Source: Lama glama (taxonomy: Eukaryota). Taken from it: a stretch of 64,000 nt of DNA. The stretch lies in NCBI GenBank assembly GCA_028534125.1, contig CM052818.1:10356001-10420000 (forward strand). Reading direction: 5' to 3'. Shown piece by piece: positions 1 through 12,445 of this stretch (positions are counted from its first letter, which is position 1; every line of letters begins with the position of its first letter). Under the pieces are notes generated by a model. The model saw only the letters and a program-made list of their open reading frames with translations, ran no database searches and was not told the DNA's origin. The translations under genes were made by a program, and so were the position numbers.

Positions 1-1059
1 TGCTCACTGTGCATCATCATTATTGGTTGAATAATGAATTACTTCAAGATCCCCCAGTTTTTACAAATACTGTATTAATGGGCTAGATAGAGTTTTTTCC
101 AGCTGAAGGTCTTGGGCACCAGTATTTTCAACACTGTTACTGAAATCTCTCTGTTTATTGAGTGACAACTCCCCTGCTCCCCAATGCCCTCTCCCAGAAA
201 AGGAACTGCTTTTAAGCACAACAGAAAAGAGCAAAGCATTCAGGGCAGATAGAGGATAGCAGATGTACATTTGCTACCAAACAGTCTTCCTTGTTGTGTT
301 CACTCAGGAGTCAATTCCCATTGCAGAAAAATGGTTCAGAAATGGATTTCAGGGTTTAGTTGAGTTCTGTCCTGGCCTTAGTCTTCTCTGGTCTTATTTT
401 TGATAGGACCCCAAGCAGGACTGGGCTCCTGGCAGTCTGGCTGGGGTGGGTCATGGCTAGATGACCTATGACTTACTGGCTTTTCCAAGAAGACAGGAAA
501 TGAGTGATTGTTCCTGCGTTTGGAGAGCACCATTTTTGTGTGCAAGTTCTGAAGCCTGAAAGGTGGGTCATGGGCATGAATTTTTCTCCTTTAATTACTG
601 AGTTTGATGTTTGAAATTAATGAAGGCAGAAGCCTAATGGCAGGTGTCACTACGTTCCACAGGAAGTTCTGATCCTGGGTGGTGAAAAGCTGAGCTTCCT
701 TGAAGGAGATGGGCTTCCTTTATGAAATCTCTTGGACTCTATACCTTTTCTCTCAAAACATTTCAATTTACTTCCATTTGTTTTTGCTCTATGTTTTATT
801 TGTTGTTGTTTTTGTTGTTCCTTCTCCTTTCTCTCTTCAATTCCGTTTTTCCTAGATTTTTCCGCCTTCATATCTAGCTCTCTTTTTTAGTTTCTCTGTC
901 TCTGTCTCTTTCCTCTCTGTCTCCATGACTCACTTCATGTCCTTTTCATCTTTCTTCCCCTTCTTCCTTCCCTTGTCTTAATTTAAGATGATCCTTGAAG
1001 CCAAGAACATTCTTTTTCTCATCACTTTGAACCTAGTTCAATGGTAACTGACTATATTA

Positions 1060-2786
1060 ATGCCTACATGTATCTATTTGAAATGATATACTTTCCTGGT
1101 TAATTGAATATTTTTATCATTGTGAAATTTCCCTCTTTATCTCAATGAATGATTTTTGCCTTAAATTCTACTTTGATATTAATTTAGCTATACCAGCTTT
1201 ATTTTGGTTATTATTTGCATGGTATTTCTTTTTCTATATTTTCAACCTTTTTGTATGATTATATTCAATGAGTGTCACTTATAGGCAATATTTTTGGGTT
1301 TGGGGTTTTTATCCTGTCTGGTAATCTTTCTCTTTTAATTGAAGCATTTTGTACATTTGACTTATAATGTATTTATGGATTTATTTGGGTTTAAATCTAC
1401 ACTCTTATATTTGTTTTATATTTATCTCACTGATAATATTTCATGTTCTCTCCTTTCTTACTTTCTTTTGGATTATTTCTTTATTATTTCATTTTCTATT
1501 AGCTTGTTATATTTTTATAATTATTATAGTTATATTTTTGGTAATAGTTATAGTAGTTAAGAAATTTCCACATACATGCTTGACACAACAAGTGTAAAAT
1601 GAGAATGTTCATTACTTGCTGATTAAAACAAAGATCCTAGAATACTGTATATTTTTCCCCTTTTGACTTCTTTGCTATTATGATTATGAATTTTAATTTG
1701 TAGATATTTTAAATCTTACAAAGCAAAATTATTAATATTTTATATAGTAACTGTTCATTTACCATATCCACATATTTTCAGTTCCTGTTACTCTTCATGT
1801 CTTCCTGCATCTCTAAGTTTTCATCTGGGATCATTCTCTTTCTGTGTATAGACATTTCCCTTAGTTCAAATCTACTGAAAAATCTCTCAGTTTTTGTTTG
1901 AAAAATGTCTTGATTTCGCTGACATTTTTCAAGGATATTTTAGCTGGGTATGGGATTTTAGGATGAAGTTATTTTCTTAGAACTTTTAAGATATTTTACA
2001 TTGTTGTCAGACTTGTGCTGCCTCTGACGGGAAGTCAGATTTGTGAGTTCTATTGTTGCTTCTGTAATTTTTCTTGTTTTGATTCAAAGACCCTTCCTTT
2101 TTGTTAGTTGTCAGTTTTTTTTTCCCTGATGAGTAGGTAAGATGTTTTTAAAAAATTATTTGGTATTTATCCTGATTGATAGTCATAGTAAGTGCTTCTT
2201 GAATTTGTGCTTTTTTTGTGTTTAAGCAGTTTTGGAAAATGCTTCTAAATATGCTCTTCCTCCATTTTCTCTCTCTCTTTTCTTTCTGTGACAAGAGTTA
2301 TATTACTTAGACCATTTATTCTTATGCATCAAGTCTTGATTTGTTGTATGCTCTTTTCTCTGTTTTCCATTCTTTTTTCTTTCAGTGCTTTGTTCTGGAC
2401 ATCTTCTGAATTATTTTCTAGTTTGCCAATTAACTTTTCAGTTATATTTAATCTGTTGTGAAAATCTTCCATTGAGTTAAAAATTGTAGTTATTTTAATT
2501 TTAGTATTGTATTTTTCAGTGTATTTATTTCTGTTTTTTTAAGTAGTTTCCAGTTGATTATTAGAATTTTCCATTTTGGCTTTAAATTCCTTGAATATAT
2601 TAAGCATAGTTATTTTAAAGTCTGTGTCTGATAACTATTTTCTGGGTCTTATTGTATGCCTGGTTTTTAATTGAGTACCAGGTATTGCATATGAAAAAAA
2701 AAACAGAGATAATTTGAGGCTTAGCATAAAGGTGTCTTACTCTAAAGAGAATTTAACTGATTTCTTCCTGGAAGCTAATGGCCCTT
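1060..2786 (-). mobile_element. Ancient L1 (L1ME/L1MD-like) 5' half: ORF2 start and ORF1 region, antisense, decayed
   Basis: T-rich sequence with typical antisense L1 phrases, e.g. ttttatcattgtgaaatttccctctttat...gatattaatttagctataccagcttt...tttgcatggtatttc and aggatattttagctgggtat. Subfamily from recall only. Confidence 0.8.
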
Positions 2787-3167
2787 AGACAAATATTATA
2801 TGATGTCACTTATATGTGGCATCAAAAAAAAAAGATAAAAATTTTATTTACAAACAAGAAATAGAGTCATGGACATAGAAAACAAACTGTGGTTACCAGG
2901 GGGAAATGGGGGGGAGAGATAGATTAGAAGTTTGGGATTAACAGATACACATTGCTATACATAAAATAAATAAATAACAAGGGCTCACTGTATAGCACAA
3001 GGAACTATATTCAATTTCTTGTAATGAGCTGTAATGGAAAATAATCTGAAAAAATATATATACATGCATGTCTATGTATAACTGAATGGCTTTGTTGTAC
3101 ACCTGAAACTAACATTGTAAATCAACTACACTTCAGTAAAAAAATAAGAAAAAAAAAAAGAAAGAAA
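2787..3167 (+). mobile_element. Younger L1 3' UTR fragment (cetartiodactyl L1_Art-like), 5'-truncated, with poly(A) tail, inserted in the older L1
   Basis: Contains ctgtatagcacaaggaactatattcaat...tgtacacctgaaactaacattgtaaatcaactacacttca followed by an A-tail (3138-3167). No clear TSD. Confidence 0.85.
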
Positions 3168-3640
3168 TCCAAGATCACTTTAATCTAATCAGGGTGGGTG
3201 GCTTAAATATAGCTCCTGGTCCCTGTGAGGACTCTTTTATTTTTGACTCAACCTTACTCCTAGGCTAAGGTCATGTCCTTTTCATATCCCAACCCAAAAC
3301 TTAGAGATTTGCTAGCGCCTCCATCTTGGTGGGTCCTGACTCAAATTTTTTTCCCATCTACAAGACAGTCTATGGAAAAGTTTGTTAAGTTTTACACTTC
3401 TCAGTCACCTGTACTGGGGTTGGCTAAGCCCCCTAGAGTCTGAGTAAAAGTAACATCAAATGCCATACTGACTTTTCTGGGTTTCCATTTATTTTTCAGA
3501 CTGGGTCCTATAATTCTTCCCTGTCGTGGAGTATCTCCAGTGCCAGATAACTTTTAGCTGTTGCCCAGACTTTCTGGTTGTTCTCTGCATGAAGGTTTGT
3601 TCAAATTTCCTAGTCTGCCAATATAAGCAGGCACTGCTAT
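3168..3640 (-). mobile_element. Continuation (5' UTR part) of the ancient antisense L1
   Basis: atccaagatcactttaatctaatcaggg...actcaaccttactcctagg resumes the L1M 5'-end-like sequence interrupted at 2786. Confidence 0.6.
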
Positions 3641-3644
3641 TATG

Positions 3645-3750
3645 TTGCTGTGTCATCCTGGACAAATCATTTCCCACCTCTGGACCTCAGTTTTCACATT
3701 TATGTGATAAGAGGATTAGACTGGAAGACCTTCCCAATCCATCTCTCAGC
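3645..3750 (+). mobile_element. MIR SINE fragment (MIR3/MIRc-like)
   Basis: Core motif gctgtgtcatcctggacaaatcatttcccacctctggacctcagttttcacat. Confidence 0.7.
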
Positions 3751-4496
3751 CAGTAGCAACATCACTCTTGATCTGTCGTCTGTACGCATCAGACCTGTGG
3801 TTAGACTGTCAGTTTTTATAGGGAAGGCTCAGTTCTTCCTACATAGTGCTGGAATCCTGCCCCACCTGGTCAAAGTAACTAGAAAGGCTTTGGAATGATG
3901 GCAATGAGCATGTTTGCTACTTTTGAGAGACTGAAAAAACACATACTGTAATGCTAGAATACAGCTAGCCTGCAATAAGTACCCTACTATCCATATTGAT
4001 GTGTAATGTAGGCGGGGATATTTCATTTTTCTCTCAACCCAGAAATAGGAAGGATTCCCCAAGGCTATTTATCACAGTCAGAAGGGAGGTAAATAAAGAA
4101 CGAGGATGTTGTTAATTTACTCAAACTCCAAACTTGAAGTCCCTTTGATGGAGCAAAGGCACTGGGAGAGCCCTGATGTAAGATTTCTGGTGAACCATCT
4201 GGAGGGTCTGCCACTCATCTTAGTCTACATGAGCTTGCACACACACACCACACACACAGACACCCCCCCCAAACATGTGTGCCTAATGATGACCACATTA
4301 CAAATGGACACATCTGGTGGAGTTTCCAATAGGAATTTCAAAGTACTATCACTTTCATTATAAAGGGATAATTTAGATACATTTTACCTCCAGCTCTTCA
4401 TTTTGAAGAGTGCTTAGAACGTCATTGATTTTTAATAGACCTTTATAGAGCCCCAGCTCCGAGAAAACAGTTCTTGCAGTCATACGTTAGCTCCCT

Positions 4497-4697
4497 GTAG
4501 GTTAAGAGCACAGAATCTGGGGCCAAATTGCCTGGGTTCAAATTCTGCCTCCTCCAAATACAGGCAGTCAAACCTGGACAAATTGTTAAATTTCCTTTTG
4601 CCTCGTTTCCCTCATTTACAAAATGAAGATAATGAATAGTACGTGTTTCCTAGGGCTGCTGTGAGGATTAAATGAATTTCTCCATGTGAAGTGTGTG
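4497..4697 (+). mobile_element. MIR SINE
   Basis: ggttaagagcacagaatctgg...cctgggttcaaattctgcc...gcctcgtttccctcatttacaaaatg...gtgaggattaaatga. Confidence 0.8.
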
Positions 4698-4799
4698 GAA
4701 GGGTGAGCTGTTCATTGCGATAACTGATGTGTTAACCCTCTGTGCTTACATCACAGAGTGTGCAAATCATAAAAGCACACAGGCAAGAGGTGAAATGAA

Positions 4800-5017
4800 C
4801 TGGGTAGAGCACTGGATTCTGGGTCATGAGACCCTCTGCTGTGTTAGAGTGATTGTTGGATTAACTTCCAAAATGTTTGGACCTCAGTTCAGCCTTCAAA
4901 CCTTTCCTGTAAAATAGGACAATAACACTCTCACCTGCCTCTCAGGGTGGATCTCAGATGAAGGGATGGATGTAGACATCTTTTGCAGAAGCACTAAGTG
5001 CTATATAAATGTGAGGG
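4800..5017 (+). mobile_element. MIR SINE (diverged)
   Basis: agagcactggattctgggtc...ggacctcagtt...ctgtaaaataggacaataac...aagtgctatataaatgt. Confidence 0.6.
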
Positions 5018-5488
5018 ACCATCACAGAAGGTGATGGAAGAGCCATGATCCTCTGTACGGACGAATGAAATGTAGAGGCTACAGGAGAGTTGGGAGGAGG
5101 GGGGTGGTTCCAATGTTTTACTTTAGTTTCCAAGCTTATTCTGTTTCTGCATGAGTCCACTTTCAGCATTTCTAGCACAGGAACTATCCTGCTGGGCTGT
5201 CCATGGAAGGGATATCGATGGTGCCTTTAGGGTCAGCCTTGTATCCCATTTCTCTTCTGTCAAGATCTTGTCCTGGAGACTCTGAACTTGGTATCTGGCA
5301 GTGTATCCATTTGCCCTAGCAAGGAAATCCTAGGCCCTTACTCCCAGGGGTGAGCAGGAGGATTAAAAGCCCCTCTGGGGTGATGATGTGGAACAGTAAC
5401 CTGGCATGGGGAGGACCAGGTATTGGGTGCCAGACTGGTTATGGTCAGAGCCCTGAGATGGGCACAAAGGAAAGGTCAGGATAAGTGG

Positions 5489-5939
5489 TGTATTAGTTTT
5501 ATGTAGTTGCTGTAACACATTACCACATAGACAATTCTCTTATAGTTCTAGAGGCCAGAAGTCTCAAATCACCATCACTGGGCCTAAATCAAGATGTCAG
5601 CAGGCTCATGCTCCTACCAAGCAATTTAGGGATGAATCCGTTCCTTGCCTCTTCCAGCTTCTGGTGGCTATGGGAAGTCCTCGCTAGTGCCCACATCACT
5701 GCAGTCCCTGCCTCCATGGTCACATTGCCTTCTCCTCTTCTGCCTTTCTTCTGCCTCTTTCTTAGAAGGACACTTATGATGGCATATAGGGCCCACACAC
5801 ATAATCCAGGGTAACGTCCTCATCTCATGATTCTTAGTCATCATCTGCAAAGATACATTTCCCAAAAAAGGTAACATTTCTAGATTACAGGAACTAAAAT
5901 GAGGGTATCTTTCAGGGGACCATTGCATAGCCTGTCAGA
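5489..5939 (-). mobile_element. MaLR solo LTR (MLT1C/MLT1D-like)
   Basis: tgtattagttt...ttgctgtaaca...agttctagaggccagaagtc...ttccttgcctcttccagcttctggtggc...ataatccagggtaa. Flanks agtgg/ggtgg resemble a 5-bp TSD (4/5). Confidence 0.85.
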
Positions 5940-6404
5940 GGTGGTAAGGCAGGAAATGCAGAGCACAGGCCCACACAGGGGATGCCTGAATGAAGGCATT
6001 AGGAATCAGGGGACTTGTCCCAGTGAGGCGGAAGAAATTAGACAAAATGGGAAAGAAAGGTATCTGAGGGGTAATAAAGAAACCTTTACAACTGCCTGAA
6101 TTACAGTAGACAATGAATGAAATAATGATATTCACTGAACACCTATTAAGTGACAGGTACTTTTCTAAGGGGCAGAAAAGAAAGTAGCATGAAGTTTGCA
6201 TTCATTAAGTGAATGAATGAGTAAATGAATGAATAACTGAGGACATCCTTTGCTTAGCAAGGATGGTCTTTTTTTTTTTTTTTTAAGATCAGATACCAAG
6301 ACCATCAAGAAGAGCTGAACAAGGGTGTGCAGTTGGAAATCAGAGCGAGTACTCTAGCTGGAGTAGGGAGTGTAGAGCCAGAGGAGGGGAAGGGGTTATT
6401 TAAC

Positions 6405-6568
6405 TGAGTAGTTCTCTGCCCTGGCTGCACCTTGATCACCTGGCAAGCTCTTATCCTGGTCCAGGCCAACCCCTAGAGATGCTGATTCAGTTGGTCAGTG
6501 TAGTTTGGGAATCTAAGTGGTGTAAGCTCCGGTGATACTAATGTGCAGCCAGGGGTGAAAACCAGAGT
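6405..6568. mobile_element. MER5B-like hAT-Charlie MITE
   Basis: agttctct..ccctggctgcac...atcacctgg...agagatgctgattcagttggtc...ggtgatactaatgtgcagccagggg.gaaaacc with inverted termini. Confidence 0.7.
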
Positions 6569-6585
6569 TAACTACTCTATATATG

Positions 6586-6805
6586 ATTTGGAGTCAGACC
6601 TGGCTGCAAAACCAGGCTCTGTGAGTTACTTCATGCTTTCTGATCTTGAGCATATATATAACTTCTCTGAGTCTCCATTTACTCATCTATAAATTGAGGA
6701 TAACAATACTTACCTTATACATCTCTCTAAGGATTAAAATAGAAAATATTTGCAAAGTGCTGACCATGATATCTGGCACATGGTGAATACTCAAATGTTA
6801 CTATC
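6586..6805 (+). mobile_element. MIR SINE (MIRb-like)
   Basis: tttggagtcagacctgg...aacttctctgagtctc...ctcatctataaattgaggataac...ctggcacatggtgaatactcaaatgtta. Confidence 0.8.
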
Positions 6806-7136
6806 TTTGCAACCTTTCACTAAGGTAGGGATTATTGTGCCCGTTTAATGGATTTGGGAATTGAGGCTTAGACACATAGGTTAACTTGTTCAGAGCCACA
6901 GTGTTAACCAGTTGGTACCTAATTCTACCCATTGTTTGTGAAATGGGACATTAAAACCCAACCACTCCAGTCTCGTCCCTTTGACCCTCTGTGGCTGTGC
7001 ATGAGCTAGCCACTGCTCATCTGTTAAGACTCTGATGTCCCCTCAATACCTAGGGATTTAGGGCAGGAGAGAAGCCTACCTCACCTTCCCTCTTGACCCC
7101 ATCTCTTGCCCTGAGATACAGTAGGCATAAGATCCC

Positions 7137-7575
7137 TGTAGGCTAAATAATTGCCCCTCAAAGATAGTTCCTAATTTCCGGAACCTGCGAACACTACCTT
7201 ATATGGCAAAGTCTTTGCAGAAGTGATCAAATTAAGGATTTTGAGATTAGAGGCTTATTCTGGATTATGCAGTTGGGGAGCACTAAACACTATCACAAAT
7301 GTCCTTATAAGAAAGAGGCAGAGAGAAATGTGACACATACATAGAGAACACGAGGTGACTGTGGAGGCAGAAATTGGAGTGATGTGGCCACAAGCCAAGG
7401 AATGCCCTCAGCCACCAGAAACTGGAAGAATGGGTTCTTTCCCAGTCTCTCTGAAGGGAGTTTTGGCCCCATGTTACTGGTTTTAGACTCTAGAACTGTG
7501 AAAGAGTAAATTTCTTTTGCTTTAAGCTACCCAGTATGTGGTAATTGGTTACAATAGCCACAGGAAACTAATACC
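7137..7575 (+). mobile_element. MaLR solo LTR (MLT1C/MLT1D-like)
   Basis: cctcaaagat...ggaacctg.gaa...ccttatatggcaaag.ctttgcag...ggagtgatgtggccacaagccaaggaatgcc...gccaccagaaactggaaga...caggaaactaatac. Confidence 0.85.
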
Positions 7576-8704
7576 AGAAGTTCTCTGTGGACACCCCAGT
7601 CCTCTTTGTGGGGGTACCTTCAGGTCATAGCAAACCCCATGGTTTGCATCTCCTTTGGGTGACTGATCACTGACTCCTACTGCTGGGCCATCTAGTAGAG
7701 CCCTAGGGAAGCTCGTACACCTATAGTGCGGGGCAGTGGGCAGAGTTCACCTCATCACTGCACCCCTGTCCTTTCCTACCACTTCTGGTCAGGAGTGGAT
7801 GTGAGTCCTCTCCTTAACTCTGCTGCTGGAGAGAGACAGCATGTCCAGGAGGGAGGGTGGGGGCACAGAGCCAAAGAGGCAACAGCCATCCATTCCCTGC
7901 CTCCTTTTTTGACATTGAGGGTCCCCAGGTCAGTTTACCCCCATCTTCCCAGCCCTGTTGCTCAAGGGCAAGGGCTTTCTGGAACAGTTTTACTCAGTGC
8001 ACTGGGAACAAAGGAGAAACCAAATGCCTTGCTTGGGAGCGACCCATATGGAGGAGGCAAGGCTAGGCCCACTGACAGGATAATTGCTTAAATATCTGCT
8101 TTAAGTATAAAGGCAGACTCTACCTCCAGCTGGAGTTCAGGTTCCCATAGGTCATGAAAACAAAGAGGGGAATGGGAAAATTAAAGAGGAATAGAAATGG
8201 AAATGATTAGGAAAGATTGCCACTACTTACAGTGGGGGATGGTGGGGCGCTGGGAATTAACCCTTTTGGGATTGTGCAAGTAGGGTGTCGGCTCCCAGCT
8301 CTCGGCTTTCCTTCCAGGATGGGAAAGCTGAAGGCCTGAGTGCACGGGTGAAACGCTCTGCTCCAGGGCAACTCTCCAAGGATCCAGAGAAGGGGCTGGT
8401 GGGGCTTGTCCAGGTGCTGGGCTATGGGCAGTGTGAGTTGGTGATGACTTTGGCGGGGCTGAGTTTGTGAGCAGCATATTCAGTTGTCCTCATACTTTAT
8501 CAGAATCTTTCCTTCTTCCTCTGCTACTTGAGTCCGTCTTATCGCCTGGCTGGGGATGCCTCCTTCTGCTTCATGTTTCTGCTGAGCCAGCACTCTGGCA
8601 CTCCTTTGGTCGGGATGGGCACTCTCTGCACTCACTCTCATAGCATCCTCTGTTTCTTCTTTGCAGTCTTCTGTATGTTGGTAATTGTTAAATTAATTGT
8701 AATG

Positions 8705-8790
8705 ATCTTATCTACTCAATTCTAAGAAGCACATGTTTTCACATTTTCACATTCCTGGAATTAGGGCCTGCCTTACAATCAATGGGCATA
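8705..8790. mobile_element. MER104/Kanga1-like TcMar-Tc2 terminal fragment
   Basis: caattctaagaagcacatgttttcacattttcacattcctggaattagg...cttacaatcaatgg resembles the recalled terminus. Confidence 0.55.
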
Positions 8791-8799
8791 TTTAATGGG

Positions 8800-8852
8800 T
8801 GTATTAGACATGGTTCCCCAGAGAAATAGAGCCAATAGGATGTGTGCATATG

Positions 8853-8883
<31 letters not shown>

Positions 8884-9288
8884 ATCTCATATATCCTATC
8901 TATATAGTTATAGCCTATCTGTCTCTATCTCTGTATCTATGGATATAAAGAGAGATTTTAAGGAATTGGCTCATGGGATTGTGGGAGCTGGCAAGTCTTA
9001 AGATTTATGCGGTAGAACAGCAGACTGGAAACTAAGGCAGGATTTCTGTGTTGCAGTCTTGAGACACCATTCCATTTACTTTGGGAAACCTTAGTTTTCA
9101 CTCTTAATGCCTTCAACTCATTGGGTCCACCTATATTATGGAGGATATTCTGCTTTACTTAGAGTCAACTGATGGAAAATACTAATCACATCTAACAATT
9201 ATTTTCACTGCAACATCCAGACTAGTGTTTGACCAAACAACTGGGCACCATAGCCTAGCCAAGATGACACATAGAATTCACCACTACA
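8800..9288 (-). mobile_element. ERVL solo LTR (MLT2D-like) containing a (TG)n(TA)n microsatellite
   Basis: tgtattag...ccagagaaatagagccaatagga...aaggaattggctcatgggattgtgggagctggcaagtc...ccagactagtgtttgaccaaacaactgggcaccatagcctagccaagatgacacata. Confidence 0.85.
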
Positions 9289-9409
9289 GTAGAATAGTCA
9301 TTGGTTTGTTTGTTTATTTTCATTCATTCATTCCCTCCTCCAAAAAATCGACTATAGAAATGTGTACAGTCCCGGTGAATGCCTTAAGCATTGGGCTATG
9401 ATGGCATTT

Positions 9410-9535
9410 GTTTTGATCTGCCTTCCAGTAGGCTATGGGCTTGATGAAGGCAGGGGTCATACTTGTTTGTTCACCGCAGCATCCTCAGTGCAGAATGCTG
9501 GCACATAGTGGATGCCCAGTATTGGTTAACTCCCT
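9410..9535 (+). mobile_element. L2 3' end fragment
   Basis: tgaaggcaggggtcatacttgtttgttcacc...gctggcacatagtggatgccc. Confidence 0.65.
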
Positions 9536-10859
9536 TGACTGGCTGCTTGGCTAAGCAGTAAATGTTTGGATTCAGGTGCGCCTTTGACTTTAAATTTCCT
9601 CTCTTTGGGAGTGTCAAAGGGCCTTTCTCCACTTCCTTTTCCCTTTTGTGCAGGCTGCATGTTCCTTTTCTTCTCTCCATCTCCCTGTCTTTCTGGCTTC
9701 TTGTCCCCCATCCCTTTTATTTGGCTAATGCTCTATGCCTAATCATGTTAGCCAGCACTGGCATTATAGAGATGTTTGCAATCCAACCCGGGTCTGATTA
9801 TGAGCTTCAGCAGCCTGAGGCTACTTCAAGAATGTGTTGATTGGTAGGGGGTGGGGAGCCCCCAGAGGGGGCCAGCATATTTGGCTGATGGGGCCGCCCA
9901 CATGTGTGTCTGGGCACCACAAGAGAGCCTGGGCTGGTTGGGTTTTGGTTCTCCCCTTGATCAGGCTCCTGGTGGGGTATTTATCCTGGCTGGGTGTCTA
10001 AGCCCTTCCTGATTGTATTAAGCCTCATGAAAGTGAGGCCCAAAACAATCCGGCTAGTGTGGCTAGTGCTGTAACCACAGCAAAGTGTGCTCCATATTTC
10101 TTGCCATTCTCTGTTTGAGCTCATTTCAACTTTCTCCCAACACTGGGAGTATAAAGAAACTGCCACGTGTTTCTCTGGTTTGCAAGCATTACCTCATTTC
10201 CCTTGTCTAGGATATTAATTCAGAAATATTTATTAAGTGATTTCAGGATTTGGGGCAATTTTGAAAGCATTCAGTTCAAATTCCAAGAAGGATGCCATAG
10301 TTTTAAAGGAAATTAGCTACCTCTCCCCTTCTCTTTATTTTCTCAAAAGCACCCTGTATTTTTCTTCAGAGCATTTTGCTTTCTTGTCATTGTTCCCTGA
10401 ATTATTCACAATCATTCCCTCAATGTCTGTCTTCTCTACCAGACTGTAAAAATCTCCATCTGGCCAGGGTTCATGAGTGCTGTCTTTACCACTGTATTTC
10501 CAGGGACAGGCACAGTAAGTTCTTGGCCATCTATTGACTACATTTTGATTGACAAAGATATGGCATCCTACCTGGAAAATGTAATTATGTTTCTGAAAGT
10601 TTGCACACAGCAAGGAGGAATATTCAAATAGTTGCATATAGTTATGCTTGTGAAAATTGGGTCCTTGGAATCAAGCTAAGGACCCATGCAAAGAGCTTCA
10701 AGTGTTTCTTTCTTGTGTTTCTTGAAAAGATCTGAGACAGGACTACCTGAGTCATCATCCCTAGGGAGGCTAGTGTGAAATGAAATTATGTTGGGTTGTA
10801 CAGTTGTGAAGATGCATGCCCCATGTGTATATATTGTAGGATACTGTATTTTGCAAAAA

Positions 10860-11110
10860 TCTGGGGCTCTGTGAATCAGACTTTCTGGACTCACATCCTG
10901 GTTCTACCAATTTCTTGATGTTCCACATGAATGCTGTATGGCCTTCAGCACAATGTTTGCCATCCCTATGCCTTGGTCTACGCATCTATAAAAGGGACTA
11001 ATAATAGTCCTCACCTCATAGACTTGTTTTGGGATTGAGATAATTTATGCATAGTACTTAGGTCAATGCCTTGCTCAAAGTAAGCTGAATAAATGTCAGT
11101 TATTATTATT
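10860..11110 (+). mobile_element. MIR SINE
   Basis: atcctggttctacca...catctataaaagggactaataatag..ctcacctcatag...aataaatgtcagttattattatt. Confidence 0.75.
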
Positions 11111-12214
11111 TCTGTAAATATGTAGTAGTAAAGTTGTCTTTGCAAGCATGGTGAGTTTAAAAAAAAAAGAGAGAGAGAGAGATGTTTTTTAGGAGAAGGG
11201 GAAACTCCAATGACTGAAAACCACATGGGCTGTGTGGAAAAGGAAGTGGGCTCTGATACAAGTAGAAATAATGCTGATAGTCCAGGACACAGCACTTTAG
11301 GGAGGAAGAGAAGGAAGGATCAGTATAGAGAAGACATGTAGTTATAGAATAAGTCATTGGTGAGTATTAGCAAAGCATTGGGATGACAGAATAAAAAAGT
11401 GGGGGATACATTCAACCGTGGACTAGTAGTACCAATGGAGTTGACTCGTTTGGCATCTGGTTGCTTCCAACCATGCTCACCTGACATCAGCACAAATGGT
11501 CACTTCAATTCAAAGTTCAGTCCAACCAACATTCAGGGAGAGCTGGTAACTTGCCTCTGTGAGGCCCAAACACCAAATCATTATCTGGCCTGGCTGGCTT
11601 TTAGGATTGGGCAGTTCTGACAATAGCACCTGCCAATGCCCCCAGGACAGTTATTGGGGTCAGAAATTGCATTACTCAGCAATTACTAGCAGCACCCCAA
11701 ACATTTCTGATTTCAGAGTAATCTTGTAGTAAAGGCAAAATTGATCAGAAGGTATGCCGTCTTGCCGCTCAGAGCAAACATGAATGACTTACCATAGAGA
11801 CACAGTGATGCAATTTTGTCATCATATCCCCCTACTTCATTCTATAGAGTGGGCATGAAATACACTGTTTGAAGTAAAAGCATATTCCCTTCCCAGTCTT
11901 CCTCCCATCTTGGCCCACAGTGGGGTTTCTGGCCAATCCAGGATTGATTTTCTTTATCTTTTTAATTCCTTCAAAATGAAAGACTCAGTTTTAATTGACT
12001 GAGGTATAATATTATTATATTAAAAAGGATATATTACGGATAGTACTGTGTTTTTTCATCCCAAGGAACTTCTCACATCAACTGGTTATTTGATTTTTTC
12101 AACAACCCTTTGAGGTAAGTTGGGTGGATAAGGATATTATTAATTTCATTATGAACATGGAGACTTAAGGAGGGGAAGTGATCATTTATCCAAAGACATA
12201 CATTGGTTAAACTG

Positions 12215-12445
12215 GTGATAATAATAGCTAATACATAGCAGTTACCTTGTACCAAGTACTATTATAAGTATTTATTTAATCCTCACAGTGACCAAATGAA
12301 GAAGGCACTATTATTATCCCTGTTACACGGATCAGGAAACTGAGGCATGGAAAGATGAAATCAACTGCCCACAATTACAGCTGGTAAGTGGTGGAGCTGA
12401 GGTTACAACTCAGCTATCTTGGCTTCAGAGTCTAGCTACTATCTG
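12215..12445 (-). mobile_element. MIR SINE (with an adjacent MIR fragment at about 12090-12215)
   Basis: aataatagctaa...atttaatcctcaca...attattatccctgttacacggatcaggaaactgaggca...ggtaagtggtggagctg. Confidence 0.85.

Noticed and set aside
1339..1597. Hydrophobic, membrane-protein-like ORFs
   Set aside because: Artefact of T-rich antisense L1 sequence.
9858..9872. CTCF-like gcccccagagggggc
   Set aside because: Mismatches at informative positions and no upstream motif; explainable as a GC-rich mini-palindrome.
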